A stretch of 64,000 nucleotides of DNA, taken from positions 388,044-452,043 of the forward strand of contig NMRA01000002.1 of the NCBI GenBank assembly GCA_002633005.1, read 5' to 3'. The notes below the pieces were generated by a model that searched no databases, was not told where the DNA came from, and was given only the letters and a program-made list of their open reading frames with translations. Every line of letters starts with the position of its first letter. The stretch's first letter is position 1. This document shows, in pieces, positions 39,801-49,300 of this stretch. Origin of the DNA: Phoronis australis. Taxonomy: Eukaryota; Animalia; Phoronida. The position numbers and the translations under genes are program-made.

Positions 39801-42037
39801 AACCCATTGATCAATACCAAAATGTATTTGCTGCCAATACGGAAGTCAAAAAGTGAAAAACGTCCATTAAGACACCATATGTATTTGCCATAAGTCAGTA
39901 ACAACACCGAGGATCATTTTAGAAAAATGCAAGAAAAGGGGGAATTGACACAAATGGACTCAAGTTTATGAGCCAATTTGGAGGACCCATGGGCCATGCT
40001 AGTTTTTTGTCCCTTTTCGCTTCCAGTTTTAATAGACCTTTAGCCCGAGACAATCACAGTGCATCAAAGAAATTATGCTTGCACTGTTGATTCGCTCCTA
40101 AAATTATATTTGCAACACCAGTGACTTTTAATAATTTTTCCTTGTCAATTTTTAACAACTGTAGCTACCTTACAGGGTACAAAAAAGGCATGGGCGTTTC
40201 TTGCTAGGTATGCTTAACCATAAACCTATTAAAAAAGACATATCCCCTGTGGACTATGACCTGATCAATTGCAAAAAGTAATGGAGCAGGAGAGGAATTG
40301 ACATTTAGCCAAGACTGATTGAACACAAATTCCTATTAGTGGCATCTGGCACAAATTAAAGTTCAGAGTAGTTCCACCACAATTTAAACTATTTAACCTA
40401 CTGAAGAAAAACTAAGCATTACAGTGAACGGCCCAATATTACAAATTGTAGATTGAGGTAAATGAAAATTAACAGGTTCTTGAAATTACATATCAATGGT
40501 TGCATTTCAGTACAGAAATATATACAAAATTGTGCTCAGAATTCGGTTACATGAAAAAATAAAAACAAATTTCTAGAGCCAACTTCACAAACATGTGCAT
40601 AGTGGTTTTGAACTTTAGTGTTAGAAAACTCCATATTTGAAATTACCTCTTTGATTTTCATTCAGCACATTCTCATCAGAAAAATGGGAGTTAAAAATAG
40701 AAAAATCACCCATGCATTACGAAATAATGCTACAAAGCCCTGCATGCTTGCTACCTACTGTGTCTGTTGACACATACTGCTCTGCTCTCTTTCTCCAAAC
40801 TCAGAATGACTTATGGCAGTCACAGTTTCTTTGTTTTGTTAAATACATATATACATTACACATCCCAAGGGAGACTAGTATGTGTTATAGTAATTGAACA
40901 GTATTGATCAAATTCAAGATCACGGTACTTTAGTACATCATCCTGGAAATCTTGCCCGCAAAAATTGCTCTGCTTCAAAAATTTGATAAAAGGATATCAA
41001 TACGTGAGACACTTGTCTTAGAATTAAGGAGATTATACGTTTCACCATAGACCATGAGTGATCTCAATTTAAGTGCAGCTGGAGGTTGAGCAGACAAAAG
41101 GTCTTCAAATAAAAAACAGACGCAAGTCCACAAATTTTCATTGTGATTATACTGGGTGAGGAACCATTTGGTAATACCAACCAATTGTCTTGCAGCTGTT
41201 AAAATTTGATACAAAAATCAATACCTTGGAAACCGATTTCCATTTGAAAAGATTTTCAATTAATCATACCTGAATTTCGTTCAGTAACTGTGACTTTCTT
41301 TGTCGAATATTTTCTAATAGGTCTTGTTCTTCTAGAGTCAAATCTACAAGAAATCAATTTATATAAATTATTCAACATCTTTTTTCACATTTATCGTAAA
41401 CAAATATTCCAAACAAAACAATAACATGCACATTCATTGCCAATGCTTACAAAATTGTTTACAGTGTTTGGCATACACAAGAGAAATGAAAATAAAATAA
41501 ATACCTTGGTTTTTAGATCTCCTCATTCTTTTAAAGAACTTTGTCAGCTTGTATTTTGCGTAACTGCTTGGAGCAGAATGGGAGAGAATACCAATCATGA
41601 ACTGAAGCCAGTTAGCCATTTGTGTTGAATAAACATGAAACACCATCCACAAGTTTATAACAATCTCAACTTAACAAGTCACAGATGTTGACACAGGTCA
41701 CTCAGCGTCCTGGGGCGACACCAGTTTGGACCAGTCCAATAATTTATAAGTTAACCTGTCCAATTCCCGTTTGGTGACGTCGACACCAATTAATGACCTA
41801 AATCATCTGGCAATCCCCACAAGAAGATATTTGGTAATTGCCACAACTGTCCATGTCAACAAAGTTCGTGAATAATTAAATAGTGAAATTTGATCGCGAT
41901 CCTAATGATTTTACAGAGGGGTAAAGCTGACAAGAACTGTGAATGAAGAACTTCCGCTTTTAAATTTGAACTAGAAGTTCAGAAAAAGCTGTTTTCTTAC
42001 CCGACAGGTTAAACCCAGCGTCTGTTTGGTTTTGCAT
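9777..42037 (-). CDS. CYTH: Cytohesin (Arf guanine-nucleotide exchange factor; coiled-coil, Sec7, PH), 13 coding exons, 395 aa
   Basis: Exons 42037-42001, 41343-41270, 37322-37258, 29652-29589, 25978-25860, 22576-22496, 21299-21187, 20932-20784, 20526-20415, 12689-12613, 11859-11709, 10636-10567, 9852-9777. All are GT-AG and join in frame (1188 nt). Motifs: [24 protein letters not shown] (glutamic finger), [41 protein letters not shown]. Confidence 0.95.
10567..10636 (-). CDS. CYTH: Cytohesin exon 12 ([23 protein letters not shown])
   Basis: GT-AG, 70 nt, PH C-terminal helix. Confidence 0.95.
10761..11270. mobile_element. Non-autonomous TTAA-flanked DNA transposon (Kolobok-like), copy 1
   Basis: Bounded by ttaa at both ends with degenerate TIRs (agattacgtaggact / gggtccaacatcacc). 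Shares internal motifs (ctgtagaattagattttt, gggtcatgtga, ttctgagatatga, tttggacattt) with other copies in the window. Confidence 0.6.
11628..11700. repeat. 18-bp tandem repeat x4 (gtgaaccaaagagaggct-like)
   Basis: Read directly; explains the SLSL-rich spurious ORF. Confidence 0.75.
11709..11859 (-). CDS. CYTH: Cytohesin exon 11 ([13 protein letters not shown]...[14 protein letters not shown])
   Basis: GT-AG, 151 nt, PH domain. Confidence 0.97.
12613..12689 (-). CDS. CYTH: Cytohesin exon 10 ([26 protein letters not shown])
   Basis: tttgtttcag / ACT|gtaagt, 77 nt, PH domain. Confidence 0.97.
15237..15467. mobile_element. Truncated copy of the ~230-bp hAT-like MITE also at 34973
   Basis: cagggcttggaatgacca...gtatcgttccacaaata...tcctcttaaaagaggaaaattc, colinear with 34973-35200. 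Confidence 0.7.
17395..17866. mobile_element. TTAA-flanked Kolobok-like element, copy 2
   Basis: ttaa|ggttatgtaagaccct ... aggtcctacagaaca|ttaa, with shared internal motifs. Confidence 0.65.
18444..18458 (-). CDS. CYTH: Candidate alternative 15-nt microexon in the PH beta1/beta2 loop (KQGASKLSGKYR)
   Basis: cctaatgtcttgacttgtttttttctctgcag GGGCATCTAAGCTGA gtaagt: branch-like motif, long pyrimidine tract, consensus donor, frame-preserving, no stop. Confidence 0.65.
   Translation of the reverse strand, partial: GHLS
20415..20526 (-). CDS. CYTH: Cytohesin exon 9 ([37 protein letters not shown])
   Basis: Sec7-PH linker and PH beta1; donor CAGG|gtaaat. Confidence 0.97.
20784..20932 (-). CDS. 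CYTH: Cytohesin exon 8 ([19 protein letters not shown]...[10 protein letters not shown])
   Basis: Sec7 motif 2, GT-AG, 149 nt. Confidence 0.97.
21187..21299 (-). CDS. CYTH: Cytohesin exon 7 ([26 protein letters not shown]...)
   Basis: Sec7 catalytic motif 1, GT-AG, 113 nt. Confidence 0.97.
21331..21629. repeat. ~38-bp minisatellite x~8
   Basis: Unit ggggagattatcttaa(g/c)ccatactggataac(a/t)tcatgt, about 30 nt from the exon 7 acceptor. Confidence 0.92.
22496..22576 (-). CDS. CYTH: Cytohesin exon 6 ([27 protein letters not shown])
   Basis: GT-AG, 81 nt, Sec7. Confidence 0.95.
24005..24470. mobile_element. Degenerate copy of the TTAA-flanked family
   Basis: aaaaatgtccaaatttggctaacttcggaaca... 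and other blocks match 17395-17866; ends eroded. Confidence 0.55.
25860..25978 (-). CDS. CYTH: Cytohesin exon 5 (GIEFLIDNG...AIGNYLGE)
   Basis: GT-AG, 119 nt, Sec7. Confidence 0.95.
26111..26330. mobile_element. Degenerate MITE with imperfect TIRs
   Basis: ggggcctgttttatcaaa ... tttgataaaaaggactcc; similar ends at 56481-56717. Confidence 0.4.
29589..29652 (-). CDS. CYTH: Cytohesin exon 4 ([21 protein letters not shown])
   Basis: cttcttcag / AAG|gtagtg; start of Sec7. Confidence 0.92.
32503..34749. repeat. Tandem duplication of ~1.1 kb (32503-33615 / 33617-34749) joined by a single N
   Basis: Copies differ by scattered SNPs; N at junction 33616 and at the same poly-C site in each copy (32812, 33930). 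Confidence 0.93.
34973..35200. mobile_element. hAT-like MITE, ~230 bp
   Basis: TIRs cacggcttggaat / attccaagccctg; second copy at 15237; no clean TSD. Confidence 0.7.
37258..37322 (-). CDS. CYTH: Cytohesin exon 3 ([21 protein letters not shown])
   Basis: ttgcag / AG|gtatga; LKDEIAEV motif. Confidence 0.92.
41270..41343 (-). CDS. CYTH: Cytohesin exon 2 ([25 protein letters not shown]), coiled coil
   Basis: ttcttgtag / CAG|gtatga; resembles the cytohesin N-terminal coiled coil. Confidence 0.9.
42001..42037 (-). CDS. CYTH: Cytohesin exon 1 ([12 protein letters not shown])
   Basis: aaaATG start, G|gtaaga donor, phase 1 matches exon 2. Confidence 0.7.
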
Positions 42038-42400
42038 TTTCGCTTGAAGATTCCTGGACACTATCTTTGGTGAACAAAATAATAAATCAAACAACTAAAA
42101 AGCAGAATTTATCAAAAAACAATGTCCTTCGAGTTCTCAATATTTTACATCCTCCTTCTCCATAATGATCTCGCGCTCTATCTCACGAGCTCGTGATTTC
42201 ACCAACGTCTATTTTTGACTTTAAAGCAATTGATAGTGAATCTGGCTAGTTTAATTTAGATTTATTTCTAACACAAATACAAAATTTTGAGTAGCATACC
42301 AATCAAAAACTATTCACAGATGGTTATTTAAAAATACTCAAGATATCCCATGATTCCCTGAATACAATGGCGGCGATCATTAAAAAGTATTTGGAGAGGT
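42038..42400. promoter_or_regulatory. Putative bidirectional promoter and 5' leader region between cytohesin and LMTK
   Basis: Divergent genes; palindrome tcacgagctcgtga (42183-42196); ZNF143/STAF-like tcccatgattccctg (42346-42360); YY1-like aatggcggc (~42366); base skew flips here. Confidence 0.55.
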
Positions 42401-42497
42401 CGTCTGTGATTTACTGCGTTGCGATGTTTGAGTTGTGACCCAACTTGCTTCTTTGCTTTCACTGTTTGACGACAACAGAAGAGAAGGAATTCAGCGA
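42361..42497 (+). other. Probable non-coding first exon of LMTK containing a 23-codon uORF
   Basis: Donor CGA|gtaaga at 42497/8. The ATG exon is preceded by an acceptor (ttttattttcag|AAATG), so an upstream UTR exon is required. Start position approximate. Confidence 0.5.
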
Positions 42498-44406
42498 GTA
42501 AGAAATTATTGTAAAATGAAATGCTTACAGTCTAACAGGATCCACCTCCATTCGAATTGACGACGAAATGTCTGTTGTCTGTTGTCTGTTGACCCCGGGA
42601 TGTTGTCGTTGAGCAACTGTTGTAGTGTTGACTTATTGACTGTTGTCAGTGTTGACGCCCTCTACTGTTGACTTTTCATTTTTATCTGTAATTTGATGAA
42701 CGGCGGAGCCTTGGTTGTGGGCAAAAGCCTACAATTAGCGTTAAAAACTGACCATTTTCACGGTAGATGATATGATACTGTTAGTAATAAGTAAGGTAAT
42801 TAAACTATTAAAGCACAACTCGGCAATATGATCGGGTTAAGTTTTTGGTCTTACAGTTGAGACGAACCCGTGATTTCATGGCCTCTAGACCGATCTACTG
42901 ATCCACTTCTGTAATCCAGCCATTATGGCTTGTATGTGGGAGGTTACAGTATTTTGTCAATACTTTTGGGTACTTCTTATGTCAAGCATGCATTCCGCAT
43001 CAGTCCATATTTGGAATATTGCGTAAAGTCTTTATTATGGTTGGTCATCCTGACATGACATGTTTTTACGAGTCATGAGGTACAACTTGACCGAAAACAT
43101 GTAAGTTTATCTTAGGCGAAGTGCTGAATACAAAATCCATTTGCAAAGCGAATAACTACTTAAAATTAAAATAGAACAACCAATGTCAAATCAAAATGTG
43201 TCGATGGTCATATCGTTGTTAAGTGGCAGACAACTGTAGTGTTACGCCGTTTTATTACTTTACTGTAAATGCTAACACTAGCTTGAGTGATAAAGAGAGG
43301 GGGGCTGTCTATCTTGTCATGTTGACCATGCTGATAGATTTTTTACAAAATACAGCACAAAGTCTGATTGAGTTGTTTTTTAACTCAAACTAATGCATAC
43401 GGGTGTTTTCGGTGACTGCCAACGATAAACTGAAAATTCATAAGAAAAAATTGAAGCAAAAATTTTCCACTATCTGACCACCATTTTTCAGTCCGCTCAG
43501 AAAGGTTACTAATGCTACAGCCGTACAAATGTCGTGTTTGAATTTTGTGACAAACTGCGTCAAATAGGTCGATGCATTACTTTGAGACCTTCTACAGGTC
43601 CATTGTAACAAGGGATGATATATTTTCACTGTCTTGCTTCGCCAGCCTACCTCCCTGCTTGAGGAATTTTGGAAGTCTATGTAATGTTTTTGTTAACTAT
43701 GTAATTGTAATCGCGGCTTCTATTGCTCTCCATCATTTTTCATTGTGACAACAAGATTTTTAGTCTAAACCTATGTGGTCACGTGACCTTTGGCTGTTAT
43801 TTCATGTTTAGCCTGTAGGCGGCATTCCCGCTGGTCGCCTGCTATTAATTGATGTTTGCTGGGTAATAGTAACATAGTTATTATCTCATTGTCTGCATAT
43901 ACTGCTCTGTGTTTAATTCAGTATTAAACGCTTAGGTCTAAAGCAACACCTATTGTAGGCAGTGCCACCGTCTCAATTAGCTAAGAGTTGCAGGTTGATG
44001 TCACGAAATAAGTAGAATAAATGTGAACCGAAGATATTGTATAGGGGGAGGAGGAATTTTATTAATTTTAGCGTGGAAGTCACCACAATTTTAAAGCAAA
44101 TTACTGGTGAATTTTTGTTTGTCTAACTTTTTTGTCCAGCAGCAAAACTCCATCAGTTTGTAGTGACAATTGCAGTCAACTTCCACATTAAAAGCATGTA
44201 TGTGTGTTTGAATGGGGAGTTGGATCATAAATTTTAGTCTTTTGACCAATTTTCCTTTGAATGTCATCATTCAAAAGGATACACGTTTTATTACATCATG
44301 TCTTTAAGATTGAAATTTTCTTGAGAATATTCGTGTACTCTCTGACTGTGAATTCATGACATTAAACCCTCAAGCCGATAATCTTTTTTGATTTTTATTT
44401 TCAGAA

Positions 44407-44508
44407 ATGGATCTCTTTTTGCTGGTCGTGGGATCTTGTGCATTTGCGATAATTCTCATAAGTTTGATCATGGGCTGTTCCATGTGTCAAAGCAGATCTG
44501 GATTTAAG
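44407..44508 (+). CDS. LMTK: LMTK first coding exon, copy 1 (transmembrane segment)
   Basis: [37 protein letters not shown]|gtatga; identical to 46278-46379. Confidence 0.6.
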
Positions 44509-46277
44509 GTATGAGTGTGGGTGGCACTTTGATACAAAATGTTGCTGAGCATGATATCTGTGTGCAGGGCTCGACATAACGAGCTGCAGGTCGCATTTGC
44601 GATCTGAAATTCGGAAATGCTAGCTGAGATTTTTGTCAGCTCATATCAAGTCGCAAAATGCGACCTGGAATTTCCAACGAATGCGAGCTGAGTTTTTACA
44701 CTTCTCGGCAGATACCTGGCAAATATAAAGCAACTCCTGTTAATCCGACCGTTATTTGGTTGTTANTTCTGTAATCCAGCCATTATGGCTTGTATGTGGG
44801 GAGGTTACAGTATTTTGTCAATACTTTTGGGTACTTCTTAAGTCAAGCATGCATTCCGCATCAGTCCATATTTGGAATATTGCGTAAAGTCTTTATTATG
44901 GTTGGTCATCCTGACATGACATGTTTTTACGAGTCATGAGGTACAACTTGACCGAAAACATGTAAGTTTATCTTAGGCGAAGTGCTGAATACAGAATCCA
45001 TTTGCAAAGCGAATAACTACTTAAAATTAAAATAGAACAACCAATATCTAATCAAAATGTGTTGATGGTCATATCGTTGTTAACTGACAGACAACTGTAG
45101 TGTTACGCCGTTTTATTACTTTACTGTAAACGCTAACACTGGCTTGAGCGATAAAGAGGGGGGCTGTCTATCTCGTCATGTTGACCATGCTGATAGATTT
45201 TTTACAAAATACAAGACAAAGTCTGATTGGGTTGTTTTTTAACTCAAACTAATGCATACGGGTGTTTTCGGTGACTGCCAACGATAAACTTCTTATGCTG
45301 TGAATGAAAATTCAAAAGAAAAAATTGAAGCAAAAATTTTCCACTATCTGACCACCATTTTTCAGTCTGCTCAGAAAGGTTACTAATGCTACAGCCGTAC
45401 AAATGTCATGTTTGAATTTTGTGACAAACTGCGTCAAATAGGTCGATGCATTACTTTGAGACCTACAGGTCCATTGTACCAAGGGATGATATGTTTTCAC
45501 TGTCTTGCTTCGCCAGCCTACCTCCCTGCTTGAGGAATTTTGGAAATCTTTGTAATGTTTTTGTTAACTATGTAATTGTAATCGCGGCTTCTATTGCTGT
45601 CCATCATTTTTCATTGTGACAACAAGATTTTTAGTCTAAACCTATGTGGTCACGTGACCTTTGGCTGTTATTTCATGTTTAGCCCGTAGGCGGCATTCCC
45701 GCTGGTCGCCTGCTATTAATTGATGTTTGCTGGGTAATAGTAACATAGTTATTATCTCATTGTCTGCATATACTGCTCTGTGTTTAATTCAGTATTAAAC
45801 GCTTAGGTCTTAAGCAACACCTATTGTAGGCAGTGCCACCGTCTCAATTAGCTAAGAGTTGCAGGTTGATGTCACGAAATAAGTAGAATAAATGTGAACT
45901 GAAGATATTGTATAGGGGGAGGAGGAATTTTATTAATTTTAGCGTGGAAGTCACCACAATTTTAAAGCGAATTACTGGTGAATTTTTGTTTGTCTAACTT
46001 TTTTGTCCAGCAGCAAAACTCCATCAGTTTGTAGTGACGATTGCAGTCAACTTCCACATTAAAAGCATGTATGTGTGTTTGAATGGGGTGTTGGATCATA
46101 AATTTTAGTCTTTTGACCAATTTTCCTTTGGATGTCATCATTCAAAAGGATACACGTTTTATTACATCAAGTCTTTAAGATTGAAATTTTCTTGAGAATA
46201 TTCGTGTACTCTCTGCCTGTAAATTCATGACATTAAACCCTCAAGCCGATAATCTTTTTTGATTTTTATTTTCAGAA

Positions 46278-46379
46278 ATGGATCTCTTTTTGCTGGTCGT
46301 GGGATCTTGTGCATTTGCGATAATTCTCATAAGTTTGATCATGGGCTGTTCCATGTGTCAAAGCAGATCTGGATTTAAG
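46278..46379 (+). CDS. LMTK: LMTK first coding exon, copy 2
   Basis: Same as 44407-44508; phase 0 joins the exon at 49980. Confidence 0.75.
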
Positions 46380-49300
46380 GTATGAGTGTGGGTGGCACTT
46401 TGATACAAAATGTTGCTGAGCATGATATCTGTGTGCAGGGCTCGACATAACGAGCTGCAGGTCGCATTTGCGATCTGAAATTCGGAAATGCTAGCTGAGA
46501 TTTTTGTCAGCTCATATCAAGTCGCAAAATGCGACCTGGAATTTCCAACGAATGCGAGCTGAGTTTTTACACTTCTCGGCAGATACCTGGCAAATATAAA
46601 GCAACTCCTGTTAATCCGACCGTTATTTGGTTGTTACCAAATCCAAGTTCAAACGAACACTAACCGAGAACAGCCCTCCCGATGACTTGTAAACAAGTCG
46701 CGTAAACATGAGATATGAAGAATCGATCTTTGACGCGTTTCATTGGCTAACATTTTCGGCCAATTGTGCAAGTTTCCGGATTAGCCGAAGAAAGTTTCTG
46801 CCACTGCATAACACGTGAAAAAACGTCACAAAACAGCGGTGTTTCTACGAATTCTTAAGCGATCAACTTCGTGGTGGACAAATACGTTATTTTTCGCGTA
46901 AGATGTCCTTATTACATGTACCAAATATCCACGACAGTATCCCTGATCGCACCGCGGCACTGCTGGTCGGCCCCGTTGTTAGCGCGCAAGCGGTACCATG
47001 ACTTGATGTGCGTCTCGTTTTTATCGCATAAGGCAGTCAAAGTGAAAATGGCAACCCCATTAATCGCCAATCGACGGCCCCGTCTTTACTTTCTGTTGAC
47101 AAGAAATTCTCAAACCCCTTTACTTGTTTCTGATTTGTATTTCACACGTTGCCAACATAAAGTTAAGGCCTACTACAGCGACTCAAGTACGTGAACTTAC
47201 GCATGCGTACCACTTCAAAGCTGCACATTAAGAGAGAACAGTGACAGTCCTAAATGAAAGAGTATACCGGCTTGTCTCTGTTAAGCACCCGGGTGCCAGT
47301 GGTTTATTTGAAAATGAACGCATAGATTCCTGGCGGTTATAAAAGACCCGATGCTTTACGATATTCCCCGGGACCGAAATATTCCAGAACTGATATTTTC
47401 CTGTTCCGATGTTTCCCGAGGTCGATGTTCCCTAAACCCTATATTCTATGCCCGTAGCCAGCTATTTCAGCTAAATGGGTTCTAGATGCAAAATTGTGGT
47501 TAGCGAACTTTTAATTCTTCTCTTCATACACCCCCCGGCAACTTTTCACTGCCTGGACCACTGTCGCCGTAAAATGCTCAGACTCCAACAGAAACAATCT
47601 TGTTCCGGCTGAAACAGGCAATTAAAAACAAAATTATTCCGGGTGGATAAAAAGGGTACAGTGTAGGTGGTAATGATATCCAGAAAGTCACCCCTACTAG
47701 ATGGAGTTTGCCTTGCAACATCGTATTATTATAACGTTTCTTACCATTGCAGTCTTTTAATATCTTGTCATCGCAAACACTCGATCAGGTTAACGACAGA
47801 ATGCTCATGCACAATTCCACTCCCTACCTTTGAATTGTTTTATAAGCGCTCACTGATCTACTAAGCGTTCCCCCTCAACTTTTGAGAATTTCCAATTAAG
47901 CGCCCACGGTTCAGGCTAGCGCCCATCATAGCGCACTACAAATGACTGCGCGTGGTTTAAAATTACCATGCAGCCTATACGGTGTGTCACTTTCATTTTA
48001 CCAGGGAGGGGCTCGGGCCCAATTTAGTGAATTGGGCAAAAAGATCCGCCCCAGTGAAATAATAAGTAAATGAGGCAAAAGTCAACAAAGTCCACAGCAG
48101 ATACACGATTGGCAGGCCTGAATCAAGTGGCCCCGTTTTTTCTTAGTCCTCGTTGATTTTTTAAAGTAAAAGGTCTGCATATTGAAGAATTCGAGCCCCC
48201 CTATACATGTATTTTAGGCTGGGTGCGCGCATGTTTACACAACAAATTCAGTTTTCAAAGAACGTCTTTTCTCAATATTATGTAAAACCAAATACCGGCT
48301 TTGTTTTATACCTCCGAAAGAAAGTTATCACTACTGACATGCGTGTCGTTTTGTGACTCACCTATATTTCCTGTACCCGCGCGTAGGGAGTCGGGAATTA
48401 TTTCGAGGCTATTGATTTCAGGGAAAACTAATTGTTGAGTACGCAAACAGCACAAGAACCACATTTTTGTTGTGAAATTTGCACTGAACTGTTCCCGTGC
48501 ATCCAAATAGGTCATTCGGTTAGTGCATCGTTTCACGGATTTTTTTCGACTGATGTTTTTCAAACGTCGAGTTCAGTGACAAAGTTTGGGCTGCGAACAA
48601 ACACTGGAGAGAATTTGCACTCCGAGTGAGTTTGGTTATTTAATGACTTTGATGAAAGCCAGTAGGAGATCAGACCTAGCAAAATACTTTTTCAACGGTC
48701 ATTTTCTCCTTTTTCACATAGCAAATTTAGCTACTCGAATGCACGTGTTAGTTAGAGAGCACAGATTCAACTTTCGCGTCGGCAACTTGCCTTGCGCTCT
48801 AGAGCCTTTCAATGGCAGTCGTGAAGAACAGTAACGCCGTACGTGCATGAACGAACTCAATTTTGCGATCTGAAATTTGTGAGTATTTAATGCTGCAGGT
48901 ACTAGAGCATAATCTAAACATTTTGTCGATGATCTAAAAAATCAAATTTGGCGGGGAAAAATGGCGGGAAAATTTCGCGACTTGGCATTTATGAATGCGA
49001 GCTGGATTTTGAAAATAGGACCTGGGATTTTGGTTAGGTAGCAAAATGCGACCTGGCGATTTTAGTAGCATCGAGCCCTGGTGTGATCTACTAAAGATAC
49101 AAATTTGATCGACAAACTCATGCACCCAGTGTTCCCACAGGACTGGAAAAAGTGAGACCAAGAAAAATGTGGAGACTTGCATTAAGGATACTGTAAACCA
49201 CTTCTACCAAAGTTTTTTACCAGTCTGTTTTTCAGTTTCCAAATCTTTATTCTCCTATAGCACATAAAATGAGAGATGAAACAATATACTTCGTCAAAAC

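Larger units (their letters stand above)
42907..46636. repeat. Tandem duplication of ~1.86 kb (42907-44765 / 44767-46636) joined by a single N, including the LMTK start exon
   Basis: Near-identical copies with SNPs and small indels (e.g. extra tcttatgctgtgaa in copy 2); N at 44766. Confidence 0.93.

Noticed and set aside
42529-42551. ATG-containing minus-strand exon MEVDPVR with a gtaagc donor
   Set aside because: Phase 2, incompatible with cytohesin exon 2 (phase 1), and it lies beyond the probable LMTK first exon.
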